From the NCBI GenBank assembly GCA_050613775.1, contig JBODTK010000111.1:372001-436000 (forward strand): a DNA stretch of 64,000 nucleotides, in the 5' to 3' direction. Each line of letters opens with the position of its first letter. Position 1 is the stretch's first letter. The notes beneath the pieces are model-generated. The model searched no databases. It saw only the letters and a program-made list of their open reading frames with translations, and had not been told where the DNA came from. Of this stretch, positions 13,111 to 29,158 are shown in pieces. A program made the translations under genes and the position numbers. This DNA comes from Neocallimastix sp. 'constans' (Eukaryota).

Positions 13111-14187
13111 AAATTACATATGATAATAAAGATACTTTATAAATATTTAAGATTATTATAGGCATTTAATGAAATTATTTTTAAATAAAGATAAATATAT
13201 AAAAGAATAATAGTAAAGGTTCTATATATTACTTAAATAACTCAAAAATATATCTTTAATTGAAATCTTATGTATAAGTTATATAAAATATTTATGTTAA
13301 ATATTCATGTTAAATGACAAATATGTAAAAAATTATAAAAAAAAAAGTACAAATATTATCTTAATAAAAAAAGATGAATATGTAAGAAATTTTTGAATGA
13401 TTTATATCTTAACAGTATATATATTCATTTAAACTTTTCATTCGAAATAATAAATTTTCATCCTCTATCCTTCGATTACACGAGTAATTGAAGTTTTACT
13501 TGGTTTTCCTTTATCCTTAATATGCTTTTGAATTATTAATAATTAACTTCTATTAAAATATAATGCTTTAAGATAGAGAAAAACTCTGCTTAATTTTTTT
13601 TTAAAAAAAAAAAAATAAAAAAATACCTAAAATTTTAATATTTAATATAATAATATGATTGAGTTATTCTGCTATTTATCTGTTGACTTGGTAGTATCTT
13701 AACAAAGAATATATTAACAATATATGTTTTAATATTATTATATATTGTTTTTATTTATTAATAGTGAACAAACAGTGAACAGGTTTATTTTTGTATATAA
13801 AGAGCATAGCTTTTATTTATATATATATAGCAATAATAATTTTTTTTTTTTTTTTAAAATAAATTATAATAAATGTTCAATTCAAATATTAAAACTCAAA
13901 AATAAAATAGTTAAAATTAGAAAACGATTACTATAAAAAGAGAAATTGATTAAAAAAATATCATATTTTTATTTTTTACTATATATGTTTAGTTAAGAAT
14001 ATATTCTATATTGAGAGTAATAATTAGAAAAAGAATATTGTAAAAAATGAAATTAATAATTAAGTAAATTGTAATAAGGATCAAATATGATTATACAAAG
14101 AAAATTTTTTTTCCATTTATTTTAACAATATTCGATATTATTTTTCAGTCAACTATTTTTTAAAGATTTTTTAAAAATACTTTTTTT

Positions 14188-14229
<42 letters not shown>

Positions 14230-14844
14230 AATATCGTGAAGTGAAGTTTTATAACAGCATTAGAAAATGATATCTATAATTAAAAGAAATATTCCCAAAG
14301 TTGTTACGTTCTTTTTTTAGGGGTAATTTTATTTTAGTTAATATATTATTTTGTAAAGATATTACCCAAATCAACAAATAAATAACAATACCAGTAACTC
14401 TGGATATGAAAACTTGATTATAAGGGAAGGAAAAATTATGGTGATTCATGATACACTAAATCATGATTACAATGATTTTGATAATAAAACAAATATTTTA
14501 AAAATATATATATATATATATTCTTTGTTAAATATTACAAATAATAAATAATAAAAAATGAATAATAATTAATATTCATGTTAATAATTGATATTTAAAA
14601 AGTAATAAAAATAATAATTTAAAATTTCTTAGTAAAAATAAAATATTTTTTTTTTTTTTTTTAAAAAAAAAAAGGAAACAAAATTTTTAAAAAATATCTA
14701 TTTTTATGTAAAAAATTTAAATTTTTATTAAAAATTAGAAAGGTTAAACTTTAACTCTGTTCTTTCTTTCTTTTAATATATATATATATATATTAATAAT
14801 AATAGCTATAATTTTTTTTTTATATTTAAAATATTTAATCTGTA

Positions 14845-15020
14845 CTTTAGTTGCTTTATTAATATCATTATGCGCCATATTCAACTAAATATTCAATATA
14901 TTTTTCATTTTTATCTATACATGCATATAAAAATAGAGTTAAATATTTTCATATTTTTTTATTTATATCTTTTCCACATTCAACTAAGTATTTAACAATT
15001 GCTTCATTTTCACTTTTATA
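14845..15020 (-). pseudogene. Ankyrin-repeat gene relic
   Basis: Minus strand reads YKSENEAIVKYLVECGKDINKKI*KYLTLFLYACIDKNEKYIEYLVEYGA(frameshift)DINK: about two ankyrin repeats with a stop and a 4-bp insertion. Confidence 0.75.
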
Positions 15021-15388
15021 TAAAGTGATAATAAAACATTTTCAATAACAATTTTTTTTTTTTAAAGAATAATGTGATTTTTTATTTTATCAATGATAAT
15101 CGATAATTTAAATACATCCGTCATTCAAGAAGAACACAATTAATCATTATTTTTATTATCTGAACAACTGAATAGCATAAAAAATTATTTTTATATGAAA
15201 TGAAGTTTATTATTATTTATTTATTTATTGTTTATTATTATTATTTATTACTTTTTAATAAAAAAAAAAAAAAAAAACAGAATAATACTTTTATGTTTTT
15301 ATTAAAACAATAAAATAAAATAAATACAAAACAAAACAAAATAAAATAAAACAAAACAAAACAAAAAAACTTTTTATTATTATTATTA

Positions 15389-15437
<49 letters not shown>

Positions 15438-15439
15438 TA

Positions 15440-15508
<69 letters not shown>

Positions 15509-15741
15509 TGATATTTTGCATTATTAACTTTCGTTTTTAATAAAAAATAAAATAAAATAAAATAAAATAAATTAAAATAAAATCAAATATATATATATAT
15601 ATTGATAAATATATAAATGTATATTTTTAAATAAAATAAATATATAAATATATAAAAACTAAATGTAATAATAAATAAATTATTATAATATATAAGAAAA
15701 AAAAAAAATTATACATTTAAAATATAATATAATGTAATAAT

Positions 15742-18438
15742 CTATTCTTGTTTTAATATTTCTATAACTTTAAGGAAACTATCTGTAGTGGTATCACGAT
15801 TTGTTCGATTATCTTTTTTTATGGATAATGAAGTTATTCCAGGTCCATTAATTAATCCTAGATCTAAACCACTCTCAGGTTGACCCATTGGTAAGGATAG
15901 AGTAGGAAAATCTACTGATGGGGGTGTACCTGTTGGTGATCCTAATTCACCTAGGCCAATACCTAAACTTGAATTGTGATTACCTCCACCGTTGATTAAG
16001 CCACTAGAAAAACTGCTTGGATTAAATCCAATAGTAGGAGAAGAAAACTGTTGAGATAGCGTATTTAATTGAATAAATTGTTCTAAAATTTGTATAATCG
16101 TTGAAAATGAATTTTCAAATAAATATTTCTTTACTACGGATTTATTTTCTGGATGAAGACAAAGGAATCCAATGAATATTGCTAGATATGAGGCTAAAAT
16201 GTAGTTTTCTGTCTTTACAATATTAGAATAAATTTCTACAATAATTTCTAAAAATCCTTTACTTTCTTCTGGTGGGCAGAGACAATTAAATCGGCAAGGA
16301 CACCATTTATTCTTCTTTGGTTTTTGACTATAACTACATGCCTTACCAAGATGTTGATCAGCAATTAAAATGCGACATTTTTCATTATATTCCGTAGCAT
16401 TAATTAATAAACCAATAATCAATAAAAATATATCTTGTAATTTCATTTGTTTATTTTCTTCTAATAATGGAGAAAACTGATCTATATAAATTAAAAGAAT
16501 TCTAAACAATTCTGAATATTGTTCGTCAGTTAAAATATTCATCGATGAGAAATCGTGATTTTTGGTATGTTTAGATGCTCTTATATCAGCATCTTTTGCT
16601 TCATTGAAAAAGTTAATTAATACTTTGATACAATTTAAAAGAAATTGACTACACGAATCATCAATAATTTCATGATCATTATAAATAATTGTTATAAACT
16701 GATTAAGAAGTTGAATAATTAAAGTTGATATTTTAGATTTTATTGCTAATGGAAGTTCCAATTCATTTTCCTTATTAAGTAGTTCAAAAAGTTTTAAACA
16801 GGAAGTAATATTTTCTAAATATTCATAATTAATAAGGAAAGGTATATTTTTTATTTGAGATTCTACATCCGATTTCCATTGCTGATAAGTTTTTTCAAAA
16901 TAGTTTGTGTAGATCTTCAGACGATTAGTCATAATTTCAACACATGTTAATGAAGACGATACTGTAGGTGAAGAAAGAATATTATTATCTGAAAAATCAT
17001 TGGTAAAAAACATTTGTTTTAAATCATTTTTAATATCTACTGAAGATGATGGATCTAATAGTTGTATAAGACATTTTATTGATATTAATTGAAATGAAAT
17101 TGTTGTATTTTCAAAATATTCTGATTCCTCTATTACTTTCTTTATTTCTTTCATACATATTTTTTCTTTGGTATTTTTTAATTTATCTATATTAATATAA
17201 TCATCTTTAATTCTTAAAAATTTTATTAATAATGGTAAGCAATTATTCTCTTGAACAATAATTTCTAAACTACCTTCATCTTGAAAGAGAGTATATATGA
17301 AATAAATTAAACACAATTGAATTATCTATGTTTGAATATATTGATTTTTAATATTATAATATTATAATTTATTATTATTACTATTATTTCATATTTATTT
17401 ATTTATTTATTTATTTATTAATATATTAGAATATTAATTATTTCTAATTATAAAATTTTTCTTATTTAAAATTTTATTACTTACTTTATCTTTTTCATTG
17501 GAAAGAATTTTATATAATTGTGGAATATAACCATAGGCACGTAAATTTAAAATAAAATCGCTCTCTGATAACTTTTTACATAAGTCAATACAACTATTAA
17601 AATTATTAAAATCATAAAATAATAATAATTATAATAATAATATAAGAATTACATATTTTATATATATATATATATATAAATTAAATTAAAATAATATAAA
17701 ATTGAAGATATAGAAAATAAAGAAAAATAAATAAATAAATAAAATTGAAAAAAAAAAAAAAAAAAAAAAAAAAATTATTAATATTTTTTTTATATAATTA
17801 TTATTTAGCAATAAAAAATTAATTTAAATAAAAATAAAATTACCTTAATCTTTTTGCTGTTGTTGTTTGCTTTTCAGATAAACCATCCAATAAATAATCA
17901 ATTTCATCCTTAAATTTCTTATTTTCACCAAGTTCTTTAAGTTCAAATAATGATTTAACTTTCTTTTTCTTATTCTATATTTATCCATTTGAAAAATAAA
18001 ATAAAATTATAAAATAAAAGATAATAAAAAAAAAAAAAAAATGAAAAATGAAAAACAAAATAAAAATATTAATTTTTATATAATAATATATAAAATAATT
18101 AATAATATTTCACAAAACTTACAACTGAATCTATATCTTCTTCTTCACTTTCTTCGGAATCTTCAAACATTTTACTCATTGCAACATAAGGACCTTCATA
18201 AGGATCATCATTTTTAACTAAACTACCATTACTTTGATATGTTTTTTTATAAAAATGATTACTTTTACTGTCCCCTTCATCCCCACCAGCTAAAGCTGAT
18301 GAAACATCACCATCATGACCCAATCTCTTCTTCTTTTTCTTATAAAAAAGAATAGGTACATTGACACTACTTCCATCTAAAAGCTTAATTTCAGAATTTA
18401 TAACTATAATAAATATTTAATTTAAATATACATTTTAA

Positions 18439-18469
<31 letters not shown>

Positions 18470-19168
18470 TAATTTAGTTATCTCTTTATATTTTATTTTT
18501 TTTTTTATTTTTTTTTTTTTTTTTTTTTTTTTTGCATTAAGTTATTAAATAAAATAAATAAAATAAATAAATAAATAAATAAATAATAAAAATATATATA
18601 ACAAAAAAAAAAAAAAAAAAAAAAAATGAAAATAAAAATAAAAATAAATAGATAAATATAAATATACCTTGATCACTTTTTTTATCTGATTTATTATCTT
18701 CACTGAAATAACTTAATGATGATATACTTTTTTTTAAAGAATTTGGACTATTAGTATCACTTTCATCATCTTCACCTTTATCATTTCCATATTTACTTTC
18801 AAGTTTCTTTATATTAGATGTAACTGAATTATCATCATCATGAAAGCCATGACTTGTACTAGAATCATAAATAGTTCCAAATGATTTTGATTTTTTTAAA
18901 CTTTTCATTCTTCTAATACGACTTTCTGGTAAACTTGACATTTGTGATTTATTTACAGATGATGAGGTTGACAATATATGGAATTTATTATCATCATTAT
19001 CATCATCATCATCTGAAGATAGTGATGTGTCTGAAAGAATTTTTTCATCATTTATAGTTGAACTAGTAGTTCTGGGTATTATTGGTGTTGAAGAAGTAAA
19101 CGTATCTTCAAGTTCTTCTACTATATAATTGTTGCTCTATTTATATTTATAATAATGAATTTATATTA

Positions 19169-19206
<38 letters not shown>

Positions 19207-20702
19207 ATTTTAATTTAATAATTTAAATTAAAATAATAATAGATATATATATTATATAAATTTTAAATATATATATATATGAAAAAAATAAAAAATAAAA
19301 AATAAAGATAAATAAATAAATAAATAAATAATTACTATTTTATTTAATACTATAATTATTAAAAACTTACTTCTAAATCGAGCATGGTATCAGTTTCTAT
19401 ATTTGAATTATTAATTTCAAAATTATTTCTATCATAAATATTTATATTCCTCTGGAAAGAATTATTTTGATCATTAGATCGTATTGATTGTGAAAGTAAC
19501 TGTCGCGTTTGAAAGTTATTTTGTGGAAGAGATTCTGAAATTCTTTGACGTTTTATTCTATTATAATCACTTACACTCATTGATTTTTTCATTCCAATTG
19601 CTTTTTTAGCATTTATTACTGATGAATAACTTCTTGAATACAATTTTGGCTTATATTCTCCTATAATAACAACATCATCATCATCTTTATTATCTTTCTT
19701 TCTGTCAATATTTACAGTACTGTCTTTGTTATATTCAGTTATTTTATTATTAAATTTATTATTATTAGATAATTTTGTACTATATGTAATTCTTTTTTCC
19801 GATGTAACTGGAATTTTATCATTCTTTTCACTATCCGAAAATATTTCTATAATCTCATTATCTCCTTTTTTATTGTTATTTTTATTATTATTACTATTAC
19901 TATTATTATTATTATTATTATTATTATTACGATTATTATTATTGTTGTTGTTATTGTTGTTATCATTTTTATTATTATTATTATTATTATTATCAGGTAA
20001 ATCTGAAATTTCAATAATTTCAAGTGGTGACTTAGGAATTGGAGATTGAACAGACGGAAGTGATGACAAAGAAGTTAAAGACGAAGTCGAATCCAATGAG
20101 TTGGTACGAGCATGTTTCAGTTTAGATTCTTCTACATTGTTAGTTTTACTTTTATCTTTTACATCTGCTATTTCTTTATTATTAACTAAAGACTTTTCTT
20201 TATTTTTATTAATATCAATTCTATTATTTCTTTTACTATTTCTTTTAATATTGCTCTTTAAATAGTTGGTTTCTTTTGATTTTGAATTTTCCTTTTTCTT
20301 ATCTTTAATATTTTTTTTATTTAATTGAATACTTGATGATTTTTTAGTTGATACACCTATTATTCTCTTTACTTTTACAGGTGAGGTAATATCTAAAGAA
20401 GAAACAGAATTACTTTTAATTATTGAAGAATTTGGTTGCTTTTTTACGACATGCAACTTATTTCCAGATGTTAAATTTAAACGTTGTCTTTGTCTTTGTA
20501 GTTGTCTAATTTCAAAATCATCATGGTCTGGATTAAAATCAAAAACATCTTTTTTTAATTTTGAATCAGCATTCGAAATTTCTTTTTTACTTTGTATACT
20601 TGGCATATTACTAATAACATTATTTTTTATTCTTGAGCCTTTATAATATTTACTATTTTTTGAACCATATGTAATTTTTACTTTATTTGGTGTTGTGTTC
20701 AT
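15742..20702 (-). CDS. WAPL: WAPL (Wpl1/Rad61) cohesin-release factor
   Basis: Six exons: 20702-19371, 19136-18668, 18403-18123, 17974-17844, 17593-17485, 17325-15742. The spliced motif ELKELGENKKFKDEIDYLLDGL...RLSCIDLCKK...FILNLRAYG matches the start of the WAPL domain; later IGLLINATEYNEKCR and ASYLAIFIGFL; long disordered N-terminus. Confidence 0.85.
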
Positions 20703-23700
20703 CTCTGTATCTTTTTATCTTTATTTTCCTTTTTGGATATACTATATTACTTTAAAATTAATGAAAAGTTGTTTATAATTATTATTTAAGGATTTAATAT
20801 TTTCATTAACAATATTTTTTATGACTTATATTATTTTTCTTTATTTATTAAATATTTTATTTGCTTTATTTTTATTATTACTTTTTTTTTTTTTTTCTAA
20901 TATATTTTTATGTACTTTTTTGGTGATGTATTAAAGATCTAGAAAAAAAAAAAAAAGGATATATTTAAATAAATATGTACAGTCTTTAGTTAATAAATTA
21001 TATTATGAATATTAATGTGCGTAATTCTTTTATAAATATATATACATAGATTTTCTTTTTTTATTTATTTATTTGTTTTTATTTAGTATTTTTTTTTTTT
21101 TTTAAAAAAAAAATAATAAGTATCTTCTTTATATATATAAAAATATAAAAATTGAAAAAACTTGTTTTATTTTTATAAGGAATTACTTAAAAAGAATAAC
21201 ATTAATATATATAAAAATAAGAATGTGTATGTATATATATGATTTTATATTATAAATATTAATTTATGTATACATTCTTCAAAAATAAAATCAATTCTAA
21301 TGTGTGGTTACAATTATATAAATAATGAAATGAAAACACTTTAAAACTATGAAAATAATGTCTTGTTTACTTTATATATATATTATTTAATGATTAATAT
21401 CAAGTATGAAAAAACTTTTTATGAAATTATTTTAATAATTTTTAATATATTGTAAGTACATTTCAAAATTATATAATTAAAAAAAAGAATTATAAAAACT
21501 TCTTTTTTTTTTTTATCTAATTCTATCTTAAATTTCAAGTTAACTTTTTTCTTATAATAAAAAAAATAAAATAATATTCATTGTATAGATATTTTATATT
21601 GGTATAATTTATTAATTTTTTATTTATTATTTAATTTAATAAATTCATTCATCATTAATTTAAAAAATTTATTATTCATAATATTTATACTTTATATAGT
21701 TAATTATTTAATTCTACTCTAAAATAATACATAAAAGTATAAACAAAATAATTTATTTAAAGTTTAGAGTTTTAGATGTGTATAAATTTGAAAATTCTAC
21801 ATTATATATATATAAATATAAAAATATAAAAATATGTTTATTATAATATACTTTTATGTAATTTTTGCTTGTTTATTCATTAAATCATTTAAAATAATAT
21901 ATTCATGAAATAAAAAAATGAAAAGTTAAAACTACTTTTTTTTTTCTTCTTAATATTATAATATTTATTAATTAAAAAACTAAATTTTCATTATTGATAT
22001 TAAAAAAAAAATATTTCAATTATTAGTATAGAACTTTTAACAACCCTTTCAACAATTTGAATATTTGAATATTTATTTATTTATTTATTATTTATCTATT
22101 TATTTATTTATTATTTATCTATTTATTTATTATTTATTTATTTATTTATTATTTATCTATTTATTTATTATTTATTTATTATCTATTTATTTATCCATTT
22201 ATTTATTATTTATTTATTATTTATTTATTTATACATTTATTTATACATTTATTTATTTATTTATTTATTATTTATTTGTTTTCTTATTTTCTTATTTATT
22301 CACTTATCTTTGTATTATTTCTAATTAACAATATATTTAAAAGTATATTAGATTATATTTAGGTATATTAATTTTTATTCCATTTATTGGTTTTAAAGAT
22401 TTCTTTTGTTATATTTTAAAATATTATTATTAGCTTATTAGCTGATAGAAAATTATTTAATAGTACTCAATATATTAATGTACTTTATTAAATACTCTAA
22501 ATATATTATATTTAATGTTATTGATATATTATACATATATTATTAAATATTTTAATTTTTTAAAATATTCAGAAAAAAAATAAAAAATATTCACAATTTT
22601 TTTTTTTTAAAAAATTATCAAAAATTAAAAATTAATAAATAAGATAATAATAATTATAATAATATTAAATAATTTTTATTATATATAATCTTCATAATAA
22701 TAATTATTAAAATTATTATTATAATTTTTTTTTATTTTGGGTAAATAAAAGTCTCGGTTGTAAAGATTTATTGAAGCAACAATATTTAATGCAACTTTTA
22801 ATTATTATTTAATTAATTGAGTATTTAAAATTACTTTTAACTTTTTTATTTTATAAATAAAATAATAAAATAAAAGTAATAAATCTCTAAAATCCAAATG
22901 AATAATAATTAATAAAAGAAGTAAAGATTTATAAATTAGAAAAATGAAAATTGATTCATTTTTACTTTCACAATGTAATAATAATTAGAACAAATAAATA
23001 TAATAATAAAACATATATATATTTATTATTAATATTGATATTAATAATATCATTACGAACATTTATCTCCTTTTAATTATTTATATTTATTTTAATTCAC
23101 TAAATTTAAAATTTTAAATTTTGTTTATAGAATTTCCAACCCTTTTTAATAATAAAGTACAATAAATAAAATTAAAAAAATAAAAAAATAAAAAAATAAA
23201 AAATAAAAAATTAAAAATAAAATAAATAAAAGAAAGAAGGAAGAAAAAAGAATAATAATAAAAAGTAATTATTCAATTAATTATATTTAATATTAGGTAA
23301 ATTGTTTTTTAATTAATATAATTAAATTTCAATAAAGATTTAATTTCAATAAACAATTGTTCAAAAAAATATAAAATATTTTATTAATTATACAATTATA
23401 TAATTAGGATTTCAAATTCATCAACAGTAATAAATGAAATTTTTTGAAATTTATTTTTATTTATATAATAATAAATTTCAAATATATATATATTAAAATA
23501 AATCTATTGAAAACTATCTTTTTTAAAGTACATCTTTCTATTTATTAAAGGTAAAGTAAAAAATAAAAAATAAAATAAAATAAAATGAATTAAATTAATA
23601 CATACTAGTCATAAGTTATGAAATGAATTCAATAATTTATAAAAATTAAAAATATATATATATAAATTAATAATAGTTATAAACTATCATCATAGTTACT

Positions 23701-23949
23701 ATTAAATAATTATTTTTTAATTTTTAATAAAGAAATTCAATATCAAAATATATAACATATTTGTTATAATTATAAATGAATTTTATGTGATAAATTATTA
23801 ATAAAAATTTTAATATATATATATATTTATATTTTTTTCTTTCTGTTGATATAATTAATATAATATAATATTCTAAATTAATGATAAAATTTTCAATCAT
23901 ATTCCTATTGTAATAAATATACTGAAAATTTCTTTAAACTAAGAAGGAA

Positions 23950-23994
<45 letters not shown>

Positions 23995-24114
23995 GCAAAC
24001 AAAACAAAAAAAAAAAAAAATAGATATAGAATTAAGAAAAATAATAACTTTTTAATATATAATAAAAGATAAAAAAAAGAAAAAAAGGAAAAATTAAATA
24101 TTTAAATAATCACA

Positions 24115-25487
24115 ATGTCAGATATAGAAGTTGAATTACCATTATTACCAAAAGGTCCAGAAGATAGTATACCAAGAGTGAGTGATTTAATTAATATTCT
24201 TTGTCATTACTAAAACAATGTATAAAAAAATATATATTAAATTTCTGCTTTATTAAATATAATTTACAAATAAAGAGACGCATAAGAAGTGATGGAGCTT
24301 TTTATTTAGTAAAAGATAAATTAAGAGCTTTTTTTAATTTATTCTCAATTTCTAATCAAAATCAAAGAAAAGCTCGTGTTATTAATATACCAAGTATTTA
24401 TATAATAATAATAATTTTATAATTACGTATTAATATCAATTAATCATATAATATTAAAAATATATATAAATATATTTTATATAATTTAAAAGATGAAAAT
24501 AATGGAAATAAATATTCACCAAATATTGTTCGTAACCAAAAGTATTCACTATTAACTTTCTTCCCAATTGTTTTATATGAGCAAGTAATAATAATAATAT
24601 ACGAAAAAATTAATAAATATTTAAAAATAATTTCTGGCATCGTTAATTTATTTTATATTTTTTATAGTTTAAATTCTTTATGAATTTATATTTCTTATTA
24701 GTTGCTTTATCCCAAATATTTCCAGTATTAAGAATTGGTAATAATAATAATATGATAATATAATGAGATTTTATTTAATTGATAATGCTTTGTTCATAAT
24801 AATAATACAAAAAATTGTATATATAGGTTATCTTATTACTTTTTATGGACCTCTCTCATTTGTATTAGCTGTTACAATCAGTAAAGAGGCTTATGATGAT
24901 ATACAACGTTATAAAAGAGATAAAGTAATTAAATTATGAATATAAATATTAATTTAACAAAATATAAGAAATTAATAAAAATTAAATAAATATTATAATA
25001 AAAATTAATTATAATTTTTAAGGAAATTAATAATCAAATATATCAAAAATTAACCAAAGATGGATTAGTAGATGTTCCAAGTTCAAAAATAAAAGTTGGG
25101 GACTTAATTAAAATTAATTGTAATCAAAGAGTAAGTTTTAATAATTATATCAATTATGCTCAATTATGCTTAATTGCATAAGTGAAAATGTATGTATTTA
25201 TCGATGTATTCAAAATTGTAATATTTCAATTTATTCTATTTATTTTAAAAAGATTCCAACAGATATGATTCTTTTACGAACTTCAGAAGAATCTGGTTCT
25301 TGTTTTATTCGTACTGATCAATTAGATGGTGAGACAGATTGGAAATTAAGGTTCTTATTTTCTTTTTCTTTTTATTATTATTGTTAGTAGTTGTAGTAGT
25401 ACTAGTATTAGTAGTAGTATAATTAAAATTATTATTGCATTATTATTATTACAAATTATTCATGTTGATATTATGTTCAAATTGTAT

Positions 25488-25518
<31 letters not shown>

Positions 25519-26839
25519 TATTTTTAAAGATTGGCTGTTCCAATAAGTCAGAAATTACCAACTGACGAGTCTTTAGCACATATGAATGCCCAAGTTTATG
25601 GTATAACTTTTAATTATTATTATATTATTATTATTACTTTAATAATATTAATTATAAATAAAAAAATAAAAATAAATAAATAAATAATGAATAAATAATT
25701 TAAAAATTCAATAATTTTTATTTTCAATTAATAATTATAATTTATCCTTTATGTAGCTGAAAAACCTCAAAAAGATATTCATAAATTTGTTGGTACTTTT
25801 ACTTATTTCCCTGAAAATCCAGAAGTAATAATTTTTAATATTAATATTAAATATATTTGAAAATTTACTATATTTAAATATATAAATTATTTTTATATTA
25901 ATATTATTCAAAATTTTGATATTATAAATATTATAATAATAATAATAAAAGGAAATTGAAACAACTATACCATTAGAAGTGGAAAATACACTTTGGGCTA
26001 ATTGTGTTGTTGCTCAAGGAACATCTATTGGTTTAGTTATTTATACTGGTAAAGATAATCGTTCTGTTATGAACATTAGTAAACCAAATACCAAGGTTGG
26101 ATCTGTTGATTGGGAAATCAATCGTTTAACAAAAATTTTAATGATTATAACTTTATTATTATCATTTATTTTGGTTGGATTAAATCAATTTCGTGGTATC
26201 TGGTATGTTTCTTTCTTCCGTTTTATGATTATTTTCTCCTCTATTATTCCAATTAGGTATGTTTTAAATTTCCATATATTTTTAAAATTAAATAAAATTA
26301 TTTTTTTTTAAAAAAAAAAAAAAAAAAATAATTTTTATTTATAAAAGTTTATTGATTTATATATTTATTAATTTATTGATTTATCGATTTACTAATTTAT
26401 TAAATTAAAATAAATTTTTTTTTTTTTTTTCAAAATCTGATATATAAAGTCTTCGTATTAATTTAGATTTAGCAAAAACTTATTATAGTTATGAAATTGA
26501 GCATGATAAATCAATTCCAGAAACAACAGTTCGTACAAGTACTATTCCAGAAGAATTAGGACGTGTTGAATATCTTTTAAGTGATAAGACAGGAACTTTA
26601 ACTAAAAATGGTAATTCATTAGATTTAGAAATATTAAAAATCTTTTTTTTTTTAAAAAAAAAAAAAAAAAATTAATCAAAAAAATTTTTATTTTATATAA
26701 TTAATATATTTTTGTATATATATTATTCATATAAAAGAAATGGTATTAAAACGTATTCATTTGGGTAGAGTGTCTTATTCATTTGATACATTTAATGAAA
26801 TTAAAGAACAAATAATTCAATATTATACATTAAATAAAG

Positions 26840-26886
<47 letters not shown>

Positions 26887-27715
26887 AAATATATACATAT
26901 ATTATTAAATTAATGAAATTTAAATATTCTTGATATATAAAATAATTTTGTGAATTAATAATTTATTTATTTTATAAAATAATTAAATTATAATGATGAT
27001 AAAAAAATAATAAAGATGATAAAATTGCTTATAAATATAAACAATTGAAAAATATGACCAATAGAATTCATGATGTTGTTATATCTTTAGCCCTTTGTCA
27101 TAATGTAATTTCAATTTTTTATTCAATTTATATAATTATCAAATAACAATTAGATTTATTTATTTTTATTTATTTATTTTTATTTTATTTAATTTTATTT
27201 TTATAATTAATTAAATATTTAAAATGAATATTTGACAATGTTTAAAATAATAATTTATTATATTTATTATTATTGCTATTTATTCAAGGTTTCTCCAATT
27301 ATTTCTGAGGATGGAAAAATTACATATCAAGCTTCATCCCCAGATGAAATTGCTATATTGAAATGGTGTGAAAGTGTTGGTATTACCCTTGTCTTTCGTG
27401 ATATAAATACTTTAAGACTTCAATTTCCAGATCCCCTTAATCAAGGCAATAATACAATAGAATATGAAATTTTAGAAATTTTCCCATTTACAAGTGAAAC
27501 GAAGCGTATGGGTATTATCGTTAGAGATACCAAAACCCATAAAATTACATTCTATATGAAGGGTGCTGATGTTGTTATGTCAAAAATTGTTCAATATAAT
27601 GATTGGTAAGTAAATAAATTCAAAATATTAATATATTATTATTATTATTATTTTTTAATTTTATGTAAATATAGATATAGATATAGATATAGATATATAA
27701 AGTAAAATTAATATT

Positions 27716-27758
<43 letters not shown>

Positions 27759-29125
27759 TTCATATTAAAATTAAAAAAAAAAATTATTTTATGTAATATT
27801 AGGCTTGATGAAGAATGTGGAAATATGGCGCGTGAAGGTTTACGTACTTTAGTTATTGGTAGAAAAAAATTGACTGATCAATTTTTCGAAAAATTCATGA
27901 AAGAGTTAGTGCATTTAATATATTTATATCTATTAAATTAATGTTAACAAATAAATACTAAATATATATATAATTTTTTATTATTATAATTTTATAATTA
28001 ATTATATTATGATTTAAAAATAAAAACAGATATAATAGTGCAAAAATTAATATAAATAATAGAAATGAAGCCATGCAAAGTGTTGTAACACAATATCTTG
28101 AAAATGATTTAGAACTTCTTGGTATTACTGGTGTAGAAGACAAATTGCAAGATGATGTTTCCTCTACGTTAGAACTTTTAAGAAATGCTGGTATTAATAT
28201 TTGGATGTTAACAGGAGATAAGGTTGAAACGGCATGTTGTATCGGTATTTCATCTAGATTAATTTCAAGAAATCAAACCTATACTGTCATGGCAAAATGT
28301 AAATATATATATATATATATTTATATATAATTTTATAAATATTAAATTATTACGTTGAAAATAAATTAAATTAAATATATAAATATGTAATTATTCTCAT
28401 ATTTCTTACATATTTAAATTTATTAAACTTCAAAAAAAAAAAAAAAAAAAAAAAAAAATAGTGAATGACGACAATGAAATAAGAAATAAACTTGAAATAT
28501 TACAATCTAGTAATGATTCATGTTTAGTTATTGATGGAGAAACATTAAAGGTTAATAAATAATAATCTTTAAATAATTAAAAATGTTAAAATAAAATATT
28601 TACAAATATATAATATGTAAAAAAAAATAACTTAACTAATTTTTACTTTTAAAAAAAAAAATAAAATAATATCTTTGATTTTATTATTATATTCATGAAA
28701 AATAAAATAGAATTGTTTAATGTTTGAAAAAGAATTATTTATTACTGTAGCCCTTAAATTACCAACAGTTATTTGTTGTCGTTGTTCACCTACTCAAAAA
28801 GCTGAAATTACCAAATTGATTAAAGAATATACTAAATCTATTGTTTGTGCAATAGGTGATGGTGGTAATGATGTAAGTATGATTCAAGCTGCCGATGTTG
28901 GTGTAGGTATTGTTGGTAAAGAAGGAAAGCAAGCTTCATTAGCTGCTGATTTCTCTATAACTCAATTTAGCTATCTTTCTGATCTTTTATTATGGCATGG
29001 AAGAAATAGTTGTAAGTATTCGTTATATTCATAATATTAAAAATAATAATAATGATAATAATAATAATAATATTTATTATAATTAAAATCATTATAATCT
29101 TATTATTAAATAATATAAACTAAAA

Positions 29126-29158
<33 letters not shown>

